DNA of 30,488 nt, taken from an uncultured Chlorobiales bacterium (GTDB taxonomy: Bacteria; Bacteroidota; Chlorobiia; Chlorobiales; Thermochlorobacteraceae). A model generated the notes under the pieces. It saw nothing but the letters and a program-made list of their open reading frames with translations, had not been told where the DNA came from and ran no database searches. The stretch covers positions 1 to 30,488 of the forward strand of contig CALGMC010000011.1 in assembly GCA_937959145.1 (NCBI GenBank), read 5' to 3'. Shown piece after piece: positions 7,843 to 17,098 of the stretch. How positions within the stretch are numbered: the stretch's first letter is position 1; every line of letters begins with the position of its first letter. The position numbers and the translations under genes are program-made.

Positions 7843-9558
7843 TTATTTGGCGAGCATCATTTTTTTGGTTGCCGTAAATTCGCCTGTATTCAACCGATAA
7901 AAATACACCCCGCTTGAGAGGTTAAGGTGCGCGGCATTAAAGGCGAAAGAATACGCCCCTGCGCTTTGCTGCGTATTGACAAGCGTTACAAGTTTTCTTC
8001 CCAATATATCAAAGACTTCAAGTTTCACGGTGCTTGTGCGTGCAAGGCGGTAAGTAATAATTGTTGTTGGATTGAACGGGTTCGGATAGTTTTGCTCGAG
8101 CATAAATGCGTCGGGCTTTTGTGCAAGCGGCTTTGCGGTCAGGGTGCTTGTGCCTGAAACGGCAATGGTTGTAATCGGTTCGTCAGCATCGTTAGTAGAA
8201 ACCGTGATGGTTTCGGAGAAGGTGCGTGCGGTTGTTGGCTTAAAGCGAAGCGAGACCGCAGAAAAAGTTTTAGGAGAAAGTATTGTTGGCGCGTTGAGCA
8301 GAGTGAAATCTGTCGGTGGTGCAGAAACAGAGACCGTCAAATTTGCAGAGCCTTGATTGGCTACAACGAAGCGAAAGTCGGCACTGTCGCCAACCGACAC
8401 CGTTCCGAAATTGAACGTGAGCGGCGCAATCGCAACTTCGGGTGCAGTCGGAAAATCGGCGTTGCCTGTAAAGGCGGCAATGCGATTGACAAATTCAGGG
8501 TGGTCGATAAACGGGTTGCGATTGTTTTGATACGTCTGAATCGCATTGTTGCGGCGAATGTCAATGCTATCGGGCGGGAACTGACGATTCCACAAGCGGA
8601 ATGCGGCTTCTTGATTGACGCCGTTCTCGTTCCAAAAATTGCCGAAGTCTTGATAGCGCGTTACGAAATAAAGCATCGCGCGTGCCACTCTTCCCTTGTG
8701 AAAATCTCGCGGTTCATAAACGGTTTTGCCTTGTGCATTTGTGCCAAACTTTGAGCCGCCGTTGATGTTCGTGGCATTGGTTACAATGTCAAACGGAAAG
8801 TCGGCGCGGCGGGCGTTTTCGGCAACATCGGTTGGAAAGAGGTGATGGAAATCGGAGCGCATCGGCTCGTTTTGGCTGAATCGGCTTTGAGGCCAAGTGT
8901 GTTCGGTGTTGAAGTTCCAAGGCGCGTTGGCGAGGGTCGACGTGCTAAACGGAAAATTTTCAATCGTCCTGCCCGTGTAGACGCATTCAACTTTATCGAC
9001 TGCCGAGCCGCGTCCATTCACGCGCCAGTTATCAATCACCGTAAACATCGGAAGGCGATTGCTGTAACCGACTTGCACAAAGCCTGTTGAGGCAATGGTT
9101 TTCAGTTGTGCTTTGAGCGCGCTTCCCCAAAGATTTTGCGTCGGGCGATAGCGTGCGTCTGTGCCTGTGTAGCTATATCGAGCGGTTGCCTTCACCTGAA
9201 AGGCGAGCGCGCCGTGTGAGCTTGTTTCAAGAATGCCCACATCGCGCCAAGTAACATTTTGATTGGTCAAGAAGCGAATCCAAAGTCGCGCGCTATCGCC
9301 TGCGGCAACGCTCAATGCCGTATCGCTTGCCGTGAAAATGCTATCCGCAAAATTGACATCGGCAATGGAGATGGATTGCGTTAGCCCGTTGTAAATCCAA
9401 ATGGAGAGGCTGTCTTTTTGGTTTGCAAGCGTGGTGTCGCCGTCGAGGTCAAAGTCTAAAAGGGTTGTTGAAAGCGTAATCGCGTTGTTCTGAAACGATT
9501 GCGCTTGAATAGCAGGAACTTGAATGAGCAGAATCGCGAGAAGTAAGTTTTTTGTCAT
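7843..9558 (-). CDS. Secreted endonuclease I family nuclease with Ig-like (ASH/choice-of-anchor D) domains and a T9SS type A C-terminal sorting domain
   Basis: Signal peptide MTKNLLLAILLIQVPAIQAQ. Nuclease motifs NTEHTWPQS, DFHHLFPTD, KGRVARAMLYF and RNN...QNNRNPFIDHP. Ig-like segments flank the nuclease. The C-terminus reads NYPNPFNPTT...SGVYFYRL...TKKMMLAK. Confidence 0.9.
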   Translation of the reverse strand: MTKNLLLAILLIQVPAIQAQSFQNNAITLSTTLLDFDLDGDTTLANQKDSLSIWIYNGLTQSISIADVNFADSIFTASDTALSVAAGDSARLWIRFLTNQNVTWRDVGILETSSHGALAFQVKATARYSYTGTDARYRPTQNLWGSALKAQLKTIASTGFVQVGYSNRLPMFTVIDNWRVNGRGSAVDKVECVYTGRTIENFPFSTSTLANAPWNFNTEHTWPQSRFSQNEPMRSDFHHLFPTDVAENARRADFPFDIVTNATNINGGSKFGTNAQGKTVYEPRDFHKGRVARAMLYFVTRYQDFGNFWNENGVNQEAAFRLWNRQFPPDSIDIRRNNAIQTYQNNRNPFIDHPEFVNRIAAFTGNADFPTAPEVAIAPLTFNFGTVSVGDSADFRFVVANQGSANLTVSVSAPPTDFTLLNAPTILSPKTFSAVSLRFKPTTARTFSETITVSTNDADEPITTIAVSGTSTLTAKPLAQKPDAFMLEQNYPNPFNPTTIITYRLARTSTVKLEVFDILGRKLVTLVNTQQSAGAYSFAFNAAHLNLSSGVYFYRLNTGEFTATKKMMLAK

Positions 9559-9655
9559 GGTCGAGTTGGCATGGTTTGACAAAACGTCGGAAAACTACGA
9601 TAAATCTCTGTTCGGTGCGGCAAGCAAAACAATTTGATAACAGCAAGATGACGAA

Positions 9656-11284
9656 TCAGGCGACGAGGAACTTCGGCTTTGCGCTGGGTTTACCGCTCTC
9701 GAGTGCGTCGAGATATTCGTCGTAAGTGCCTGCGAAATCGGCGATGCCGTCGCTCGTCATGGCGATGATGCGCGTGGCAACTTGGCTAACGAGGTCACGG
9801 TCGTGGCTGACAAAAATGACGGTGCCTTTGAAGCGTTCGAGCGCGTCGGCAAGTGCGCTGACGGATTCCAAATCTAAATGGTTCGTCGGCTCGTCCATCA
9901 CCAAAAAGTTATTTTGTTCGAGCATCAACTTTGCCATAATCAGCCGTGCCGATTCGCCGCCCGAGAGCGTGTCGGTTTGTTTCAAAGCCGATTCGCCGCT
10001 GAAAAGCATGCGCCCTAAAAGCCCACGCAAAACCTCCGTGCCCTCGTCGGTTGCAAAACTTTGAAGCCACTCAAATGCCGTTACACCGGGCTTGATTCCC
10101 TTTTTGTAATCTTGCGGAAAATAGCCCATTGAGACTTCGGGGCGAAGGACGACCGTGCCCGCATCAGGCTTGAGTTCGCCTGCAATCATTGAGAGAAGCG
10201 TCGTTTTGCCCACGCCATTGTTGCCAATGACCGCGATTTTTTCATCGCGTCCAATCGTCATTGAAAAATTTTTAATCACATGTAAAGTTGTGCCGTCGGC
10301 TTGCGGATACGACTTGGAAAGCGATTTCAAGGTTGCGACTTCTTTGCCTGATGGACGCTTAACCTCGAAACGAATGTAGGGGCGTTGAATGTTAGATTTT
10401 TTGAGTTCCGTTGGTTCAAGTCGTTTGATTTCTTTGAGGCGCGATTGGGTTTGGCTCGAGCGCGTGCCTGCGCCAAATCGCGCGACGAAATCTTGCAGTT
10501 GCGCAATCTTCTTTTGCTTTTCGCGATTTTCGGCTTCGATTTTTTCGCGCCCTTGAATTTTCGTTGCGACCATCTCGTCGTAATTGCCTGTGTAGATGAT
10601 GACCGTTTCGTAATCAATATCGGCAATGTGTGTGCAAACGGAATTGAGAAAATGTCGGTCGTGCGAAATGACAATCAGCGTGCCGTTATAGGCTTTGAGA
10701 TTTTCCTCGAGCCAATGAATGGATTGCAAGTCCAAGTAGTTTGTCGGTTCGTCGAGCAAGAGTGCGTCGGGGTCGCCGAACAAGGCTTGCGCAAGCAGGA
10801 CGCGGAATTTGAGGTCGGTCGGAAGGCTGTTCATTAAGTTCGTATGTTGGACTTCGGGAATGCCGATGCCCTCCAAGAGTTCGGCGGCTTGCTGTTCAGC
10901 GACGTAGCCATTTTCATCGGCGATAATGCCTTCTAATTCGCCAAGTCGCACGCCCATTTCGTCGGTAAGGTTCGGTTCGGCGTAAAGACGCTCACGCTCT
11001 TCAAGAGCCGCCCATAGCGTTGGATTGCCCATCAAAACGGTGTCGATGATGCGATAGTTATCGTAGCGAAATTGGTCTTGACGAAGAATGCCAATTTTTT
11101 TGGGAACGCTCACTGTGCCGCTGGTAGGTTCTTCATCGCCTTGAAGAATTTTCATGAAGGTTGATTTTCCTGCGCCGTTTGGTCCTGTTAAGCCGTAGCG
11201 TTTGCCCGGCGTAAATTGAACATTCACATTCTCGAAAAGCGTGCGTCCGCCAAACGATTTGCTGACACCTGAAACCGTAATCAT
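9656..11284 (-). CDS. ABC-F family ATPase, YbiT-like
   Basis: Two NBDs (GPNGAGKS / DEPTNYLD and GNNGVGKT / LSGGE / DEPTNHLD) joined by a helical linker, with no TM segments. Start taken as ATG 11284 (MITVSGVSK). Confidence 0.92.
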   Translation of the reverse strand: MITVSGVSKSFGGRTLFENVNVQFTPGKRYGLTGPNGAGKSTFMKILQGDEEPTSGTVSVPKKIGILRQDQFRYDNYRIIDTVLMGNPTLWAALEERERLYAEPNLTDEMGVRLGELEGIIADENGYVAEQQAAELLEGIGIPEVQHTNLMNSLPTDLKFRVLLAQALFGDPDALLLDEPTNYLDLQSIHWLEENLKAYNGTLIVISHDRHFLNSVCTHIADIDYETVIIYTGNYDEMVATKIQGREKIEAENREKQKKIAQLQDFVARFGAGTRSSQTQSRLKEIKRLEPTELKKSNIQRPYIRFEVKRPSGKEVATLKSLSKSYPQADGTTLHVIKNFSMTIGRDEKIAVIGNNGVGKTTLLSMIAGELKPDAGTVVLRPEVSMGYFPQDYKKGIKPGVTAFEWLQSFATDEGTEVLRGLLGRMLFSGESALKQTDTLSGGESARLIMAKLMLEQNNFLVMDEPTNHLDLESVSALADALERFKGTVIFVSHDRDLVSQVATRIIAMTSDGIADFAGTYDEYLDALESGKPSAKPKFLVA

Positions 11285-11440
11285 ACTTGAAAAAATAATG
11301 CTGTTTTGTGTGATAGCGTCCCAACGAAGAACGCAAATATACGCCAAAGCCTCTGAATCCTTTCAAGAACACAAAAGGGTTTCGGAGACATTCTTCGGGA
11401 TTTATTGTATCTTCGCACTTTTCAAAATCACTCTCTTAAT

Positions 11441-13384
11441 ATGCTTGAAGCACGCAACCTTTCGCTGACGATTGGCACGAAGGAACTCTTGATTGATTCG
11501 TCGTTTCGAATTGGCGATGACGAAAAAGTCGCACTTGTTGGCTTGAACGGCACCGGCAAATCCACTTTGATGAAGTTCATCGCGGGACAAATGCCCGCGC
11601 AAACCTTGCACCACACGGGGCAAGTGATGAAATCTTCCTCGACCACAATCGGCTACCTGCCACAAGAAATTTCCTTCGAGGGCGACCTCGAGAAAACCGC
11701 CTTGCAATACGCCATGCAAGCTAACGAGCGGCTCTTCCAACTCTCGCAAGACCTCGAGCGCATGGAAAAAGAACTTGCCCTGCCGATTGACCACGAAAGC
11801 GACGCCTACCACGCCCTTATCGAAAAATTCACCGACGCCACACATGACTTTGAGCATCTTGGCGGCTATCGCATGCAAGCCGACGCCGAAAAAGTCTTGT
11901 CAGGATTGGGATTTTCGCAAGAAGATTTTCACAAAAAGGTCAAGGAATTTTCAGGCGGCTGGCAAATGCGGCTCTTGATTACAAAATTGCTTCTTCAAAA
12001 CAATACCCTGCTCTTGCTCGATGAGCCAACGAATCACCTCGATATCGATTCGCTCCGCTGGCTTGAAAACTATTTGCTCGCTTACTCTGGCTCATATGTG
12101 ATTATTTCGCACGACCGCTACTTCCTCGATAAACTCACAAAGAAAACGCTTGAAATCAGTTTCAAACGCATCACCGAATACAAAGGCAATTATTCGTATT
12201 ACGAACAGCAAAAGGCGGAACGCTACGAGATTTTAATGGCGGAATATGAAAACAAACTCAAGCAAATTTCGCACTTGCAGAAATTCGTCGATCGCTTCAA
12301 AGCCAAAGCCACCAAAGCCACGCAGGCGCAAAGCCGCATGAAAATGATTCAAAAACTTCAACAAGGCTTAGAAGCACCCGAAGAAGATTTAACCCAAATT
12401 GCATTTTCATTTCCCAAAGCCGCACCTTCGGGCAAAATGGTGCTCACGCTCGAAGGCGTTACGAAAACTTATACCCTGCCCGACCACTCGACGAAAACCG
12501 TCTTGAACAACATCGACCTTGAAATCATGCGCGGTGAGCGCATTGCTTTCGTCGGCTCAAACGGCGCGGGAAAATCGACGCTCTGCAAAATTGTTTCAAA
12601 TGAAATTGACTTTGAAGGCAAACGCCATGTCGGGCACAATGTCAGCCTTGCCTTTTTCGGACAGCATCAAACCGAAATGCTCAATCAACAGCACACGATT
12701 TTGGAGGAGATGATGTCAGTCGCGCCCGATTCAGAAGCCCGAATGAAGGTGCGAGATATTTTAGGATGTTTTCTCTTTTCAGGCGACGCGGTCAATAAAA
12801 AAATCGGCGTGCTTTCGGGCGGCGAAAAGTCGCGCGTGGCTCTTGCCAAAATGCTTCTGACGGCGTCAAACTTTCTCATTCTCGACGAGCCGACAAACCA
12901 CTTGGATATGCGTTCAAAAGAAATGCTCATTGAGGCGTTGGATAATTACGACGGCACGCTCATCGTCGTCTCGCACGATAGGCACTTCCTTGATAGTTTG
13001 GTGGAAAAAGTTGTTCTAGTTCAAAATGGCAAACTGCGAACCTTCCTCGATGGCTACGCCGATTTCGTCAAACGCATGGAGGCGGAAGAACAAGCCGCGT
13101 TGGAGCGTCAAAAAGAGGTTCAGAAAGCACAATCTAAACCCGCGAAGCAGGTTCAACCAGCCAGCAGCACCACACAGCCAAAAGCCAATCTGAACAAAAA
13201 GCAGCTTGAAAAAATCGAGAAGCAAATTGAAAAATTAGAGTCTGAAAAGAAGTTGCTTGAATCGGAAATGGCGTCGCCAAACTTTTTCAAGCAATCGGAT
13301 TCAAAAGGTAAAACCGCACGATATAACCGTCTGAAATCTGATTTGGAAACGCTTTATGCCGAGTGGGAATCGGTTGCGGGGTGA
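11441..13384 (+). CDS. ABC-F family ATPase with C-terminal coiled coil (YheS/YdiF/Uup-like)
   Basis: GLNGTGKS / FSGGWQMR / DEPTNHLD and GSNGAGKS / LSGGEKSR / DEPTNHLD, an AQSRMK linker and a C-terminal helical hairpin. Start taken as ATG 11441. Confidence 0.92.
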   Translation: MLEARNLSLTIGTKELLIDSSFRIGDDEKVALVGLNGTGKSTLMKFIAGQMPAQTLHHTGQVMKSSSTTIGYLPQEISFEGDLEKTALQYAMQANERLFQLSQDLERMEKELALPIDHESDAYHALIEKFTDATHDFEHLGGYRMQADAEKVLSGLGFSQEDFHKKVKEFSGGWQMRLLITKLLLQNNTLLLLDEPTNHLDIDSLRWLENYLLAYSGSYVIISHDRYFLDKLTKKTLEISFKRITEYKGNYSYYEQQKAERYEILMAEYENKLKQISHLQKFVDRFKAKATKATQAQSRMKMIQKLQQGLEAPEEDLTQIAFSFPKAAPSGKMVLTLEGVTKTYTLPDHSTKTVLNNIDLEIMRGERIAFVGSNGAGKSTLCKIVSNEIDFEGKRHVGHNVSLAFFGQHQTEMLNQQHTILEEMMSVAPDSEARMKVRDILGCFLFSGDAVNKKIGVLSGGEKSRVALAKMLLTASNFLILDEPTNHLDMRSKEMLIEALDNYDGTLIVVSHDRHFLDSLVEKVVLVQNGKLRTFLDGYADFVKRMEAEEQAALERQKEVQKAQSKPAKQVQPASSTTQPKANLNKKQLEKIEKQIEKLESEKKLLESEMASPNFFKQSDSKGKTARYNRLKSDLETLYAEWESVAG

Positions 13385-13420
13385 GGTCGTGCTTGTTGAA
13401 AGGTCAATCTGCACCTGATA

Positions 13421-13451
13421 TTTGAATGTTTGTGAGAGTGTTGTATATTTG
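13421..13451 (+). promoter_or_regulatory. Putative primary-sigma promoter of tRNA-Met
   Basis: TTTG (13421-13424), 19 nt, then TATATTTG (13444-13451) matches the Bacteroidota -33/-7 consensus TTTG-N19-21-TAnnTTTG. Confidence 0.7.
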
Positions 13452-13473
13452 CGCCCTTGTTTTAGAAATTCGG

Positions 13474-13547
13474 GGTGAGGTAGCTCAGTTGGTTAGAGCA
13501 CAGGATTCATAACCCTGAGGTCGAGGGTTCGATTCCCTCCTTCACCA
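13474..13547 (+). tRNA. tRNA-Met (anticodon CAT), elongator type; CCA not encoded
   Basis: Acceptor stem GGTGAGG/CTTCACC, D arm GCTC-AGTTGGTTA-GAGC, anticodon arm CAGGA-TTCATAA-CCCTG (CAT at 13508-13510), T arm GAGGG-TTCGATT-CCCTC, discriminator A. The paired G1-C72 argues against initiator. Ile2 (lysidine) cannot be fully excluded by eye. Confidence 0.95.
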
Positions 13548-13568
13548 CAGAGACGAAAGAGACATCTT

Positions 13569-13598
13569 GCCGCATTGCTCGTGCTGTGCGGCTTTTTT
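13569..13598 (+). terminator. Intrinsic terminator after tRNA-Met
   Basis: GCCGCA...TGCGGC stem, extendable with G-U pairs, followed by T6. Confidence 0.75.
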
Positions 13599-13609
13599 AT
13601 TTTTGAAAA

Positions 13610-16330
13610 ATGAAAGGAGAAGCAAGGTTGTTGCGCGTTACTGTTCTTGCTATATCGTTTGCCTTTCTTTGCTCTGTGGCAGTTGCTCAACCCTCGCAAG
13701 GTTTTTTTCGCGTCGATATTGATACATTCAGTTTGCCTCACAAACGATATGCGATTGCGCCTTACAAAATTCCTGCCCGGAAAACGCTTGGGCTTGCGCT
13801 TTCAGGCGGCGGCTCACGCGGCATTGCGCATATTGGTGTGCTCAAAGCTCTCGAAGATAAAGGCGTGCCGATTGACTACATCGTGGGAACAAGCATGGGC
13901 GCGATTATCGGCGGCTTATACAGCGCAGGCTATTCGCCCACCGATTTAGAGAAACTTGTTAAAAATCTTTCTTGGAGCGATTTAACAGCGTTGCAAGAAA
14001 TCAACAAACGGCAAAATCTGTTCCTCGAGCAGAAGCGCGTGCGCGATAGAGCGTCTTTAACCCTCCAATTCGACGGCTTGAACCTTGTCATTCCCAAGTC
14101 CCTGAGTGCTTCGCAAGAATTGACACAAACCCTTGATAAACTCGCTCTTTCCGCACCGTATCACCATAAAAAAAGTTTCGATGAGTTACCCGTCTCGTTT
14201 CGTGCGATAGCGACTGATTTAGTCAGTGGGAGGCGAGAAGTGCTAAGCAAAGGCTCGCTCTCAGCCGCAATGCGTGCCAGTGCAAGCGTGCCACTGCTCT
14301 TCTTGCCTGTTGACATTGAAGGCAAGCAACTCGTCGATGGCGGGCTTGTTTCAAACATTGCCGTCGACGTGCTCAATGAGCAATCGCCTGACGTGAGCGT
14401 GGCGGTCAATACGCTCGGCGTACTCTATCAGCAAAAAAGCGATGTGGATTTGCCTTGGAAAGTGGCTGACCAAATTATGGGCATCATGATGCAAGAGCAA
14501 AACCAACAGCAACTTCGAAAAGCACAAGTTGTTGTTAAACCAAACATTGGCAACCGCGAATCAAGCGACTTCAGAAACCTCTCGCCGCTTATCGCCGCAG
14601 GCTATCAAGCCGGGCTTGAAGTTGCAGATAGTTTGCTCAAACTCATCGATGTTGAGCAAGCGAACGACATTGATATTTCAGGTTACGAACAAGAACTGAT
14701 TTCGCCGACACCCCTGCCCGAATGTGTCTTGACGTCGCTTCGTAGCGGAACGAAGGTCAAAGCCACACTCAAAGAGGCACTGAACTACGATTTCTTCACC
14801 GACGCCTTCGCCGAAGTCGATACGCTTCAAAAAAAAGTTCGTTATCACTTTAAGCCCGTGCCGAGTGTTTCGGTCGTGAAAGTGATAAGTAAAAACGAGC
14901 CGAATTTTATCCGCTTTATCGTGCCAACAAATACGTCGCAACCGATGACAAATCGTGCAGGAAGAGACATCATCGAGCGGCTGGTGCAGGAACTTAAACA
15001 GACTTTTCCTTTACTTCGTCTCGATACTTGCGCGGTCGATTCAGATACGCTTTATATCAGGATTGATGAAGGCAGGCTTTCAGAAATTTGCTACGAACTT
15101 TCGCGTGGTTGGACGAGTCGGCGTGTTATCGACAAAGAAGTTGAATTTGATACCCTTTCGCCTTTAACCCTTGCCAATGTTGAGCGCACAGTTAGCGGGC
15201 TCTACAATACAGGCATTTTCAACCGTGTTTCAGTTTGGACAGAGCAATTTGCAGACTCCAGCAAGATGGCTAAAAACACACTCACGATTAAAATGCATGA
15301 AAAATTCAGCGAACAACTGCGTATCGGGCTTAGAGTCGACGACATCTATGCCGCACAACTGCTTCTTGACTTTCGCAACGAAAACTTTTTAGGCACGGCA
15401 ACAGAACTCGGCGGGTGGCTCACCGTTGCCGACCGCATCTCTTCTGCACAAGTCGAATATCACGCGCACCGATTGTGGGATACCTACTTTACCTTTTTCA
15501 CAAAAGCATTTTATCAGCACCGCAAACTTTTTGCAACTAATATTCGCTTTTCAAGCCCGCTACTTTCAGCCTCACGAAACGAATTTGCAGAGTATGGACA
15601 GCAGCACTACGGCATAACGGCGGCACTTGGACGACAAATCTATCGCGACGGCAACATCTTCTTTGAATTGACACATCAAAACGCCATGCTCTTCGATAAT
15701 GAAGGCGTCGCGCCTAATCAACGCTTGTCGCTCACATCGCTTAAAACGCGCTTTACGATTGACACACGCGATAATCCATTCTCTCCTTCAAAAGGCAATT
15801 ACACCGAAATTTATTTTGATTTTTATCCTGAATTTTTAGGCAACAAGTTTGCCTTTTCAAAGTTTCTGCTTTCTCATCAAGAAACGCAACGCTTCAGCGA
15901 CAATATTCGCGGAAGATGGCGGCTCAATCTCGGCTTTGCCGATAATCTGACGCCGTTCACTGAGCAATTTAGTTTAGGTGGAATTGGAGCCAGTTTCAGC
16001 ATTCCGTTTTATGGATTTCGCTTCGATGATTTCAGAGGCAGGCAAGTGGTTGTGGCGGGGTATGATGTAGAATTTTCATTGCCGTTTCAATTAGTGACGC
16101 CAACCGCAATTAGTTTGCACTATAACTTGGGAAACATTTGGACGCAATCGAGCCGCATTGCACTGCGAGAGTTCACGCACGGCGTCGGCACAGAACTAAT
16201 TTTGAAAACCCCGCTCGGCGCGGCGCGGCTGGCGATTGCCAAAGCCTTTCGATTAGGGTTGCCCACCGAACCATCACCGATTAAATTCGCCCCGACCGTC
16301 TATTACTTTGTTTTCGGCTACGAACTGTAA
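13610..16330 (+). CDS. Patatin-like phospholipase fused to POTRA and Omp85/BamA-type barrel (PlpD / type Vd-like)
   Basis: Signal peptide, GGGSRG oxyanion loop, GTSMG nucleophile elbow and DGG motif. The C-terminal region is rich in beta strands, has FSLGG...FYGF and GVGTEL motifs, and ends in FGYEL. Confidence 0.88.
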   Translation: MKGEARLLRVTVLAISFAFLCSVAVAQPSQGFFRVDIDTFSLPHKRYAIAPYKIPARKTLGLALSGGGSRGIAHIGVLKALEDKGVPIDYIVGTSMGAIIGGLYSAGYSPTDLEKLVKNLSWSDLTALQEINKRQNLFLEQKRVRDRASLTLQFDGLNLVIPKSLSASQELTQTLDKLALSAPYHHKKSFDELPVSFRAIATDLVSGRREVLSKGSLSAAMRASASVPLLFLPVDIEGKQLVDGGLVSNIAVDVLNEQSPDVSVAVNTLGVLYQQKSDVDLPWKVADQIMGIMMQEQNQQQLRKAQVVVKPNIGNRESSDFRNLSPLIAAGYQAGLEVADSLLKLIDVEQANDIDISGYEQELISPTPLPECVLTSLRSGTKVKATLKEALNYDFFTDAFAEVDTLQKKVRYHFKPVPSVSVVKVISKNEPNFIRFIVPTNTSQPMTNRAGRDIIERLVQELKQTFPLLRLDTCAVDSDTLYIRIDEGRLSEICYELSRGWTSRRVIDKEVEFDTLSPLTLANVERTVSGLYNTGIFNRVSVWTEQFADSSKMAKNTLTIKMHEKFSEQLRIGLRVDDIYAAQLLLDFRNENFLGTATELGGWLTVADRISSAQVEYHAHRLWDTYFTFFTKAFYQHRKLFATNIRFSSPLLSASRNEFAEYGQQHYGITAALGRQIYRDGNIFFELTHQNAMLFDNEGVAPNQRLSLTSLKTRFTIDTRDNPFSPSKGNYTEIYFDFYPEFLGNKFAFSKFLLSHQETQRFSDNIRGRWRLNLGFADNLTPFTEQFSLGGIGASFSIPFYGFRFDDFRGRQVVVAGYDVEFSLPFQLVTPTAISLHYNLGNIWTQSSRIALREFTHGVGTELILKTPLGAARLAIAKAFRLGLPTEPSPIKFAPTVYYFVFGYEL

Positions 16331-16393
16331 GGGAAAGACGTATCTTCGTTTTATCTTCACACTTCAACACAGAGCAAACTTACTCCTTTGGTT

Positions 16394-17098
16394 ATGAACG
16401 TTCGCTTCATTTCTATTACAAAACCTGACATCACGGTCGACGGCACGCTGCTTTCCCCCGAAGGGCTAATTGCTTATTGCGCCCGTGTCTCGAGCCCGAA
16501 CCAAGAAAATCCGAACTACGCCAAACTCTTGCAGTTTTGCATCAGACACGGGCATTGGAGCGTTTTTGAAATGGTGGATATGACGCTCGAAATCACAACC
16601 ACGCGCGCCATCGCGCCGCAGATTCTTCGACACCGAAGTTTCTCGTTTCAGGAGTTCAGCCAACGCTACGCCAAAGCCTCCGCCTTTGAAACTTATGAGG
16701 CACGTCGGCAAGACCATAAAAACCGCCAAAACTCGCTCGATGATTTCGACGAAGCCACAAAACAGTGGTTCAGGGAGGTTCAGCGCGAAGTGTGGGAGCA
16801 TAGTTACAAGCGATATGAAGAAGCCATAGAAAAAGGTATCGCCAAAGAATCGGCGCGAGCACTCTTGCCGCTCAATACCGTTACGCGAATGTATATGAAA
16901 GGCTCGGTGCGCAGTTGGATTCATTATTTTCAAATCCGATGCGATGCCGCAACCCAAAAAGAACACCGTGATATTGCATGTGCCGCTCGCGATATTTTCG
17001 TTCAACATTTTCCAACCGTTGCCGAAGCTTTATCGTGGAACGCATCTGCCGTCACTCAAAACGGAACGCATGAACCGATTAACCCAACCGCGCCATGA
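16394..17098 (+). CDS. thyX: FAD-dependent thymidylate synthase
   Basis: ThyX motif [14 protein letters not shown], plus [16 protein letters not shown] and RSWIHY. Start ATG 16394. Confidence 0.96.
   Translation: MNVRFISITKPDITVDGTLLSPEGLIAYCARVSSPNQENPNYAKLLQFCIRHGHWSVFEMVDMTLEITTTRAIAPQILRHRSFSFQEFSQRYAKASAFETYEARRQDHKNRQNSLDDFDEATKQWFREVQREVWEHSYKRYEEAIEKGIAKESARALLPLNTVTRMYMKGSVRSWIHYFQIRCDAATQKEHRDIACAARDIFVQHFPTVAEALSWNASAVTQNGTHEPINPTAP

Noticed and set aside
13474-13610. tRNA-Met as a possible integration site
   Set aside because: No duplicated tRNA 3' end, no integrase and no compositional shift. A normal terminator and a chromosomal-type gene follow.
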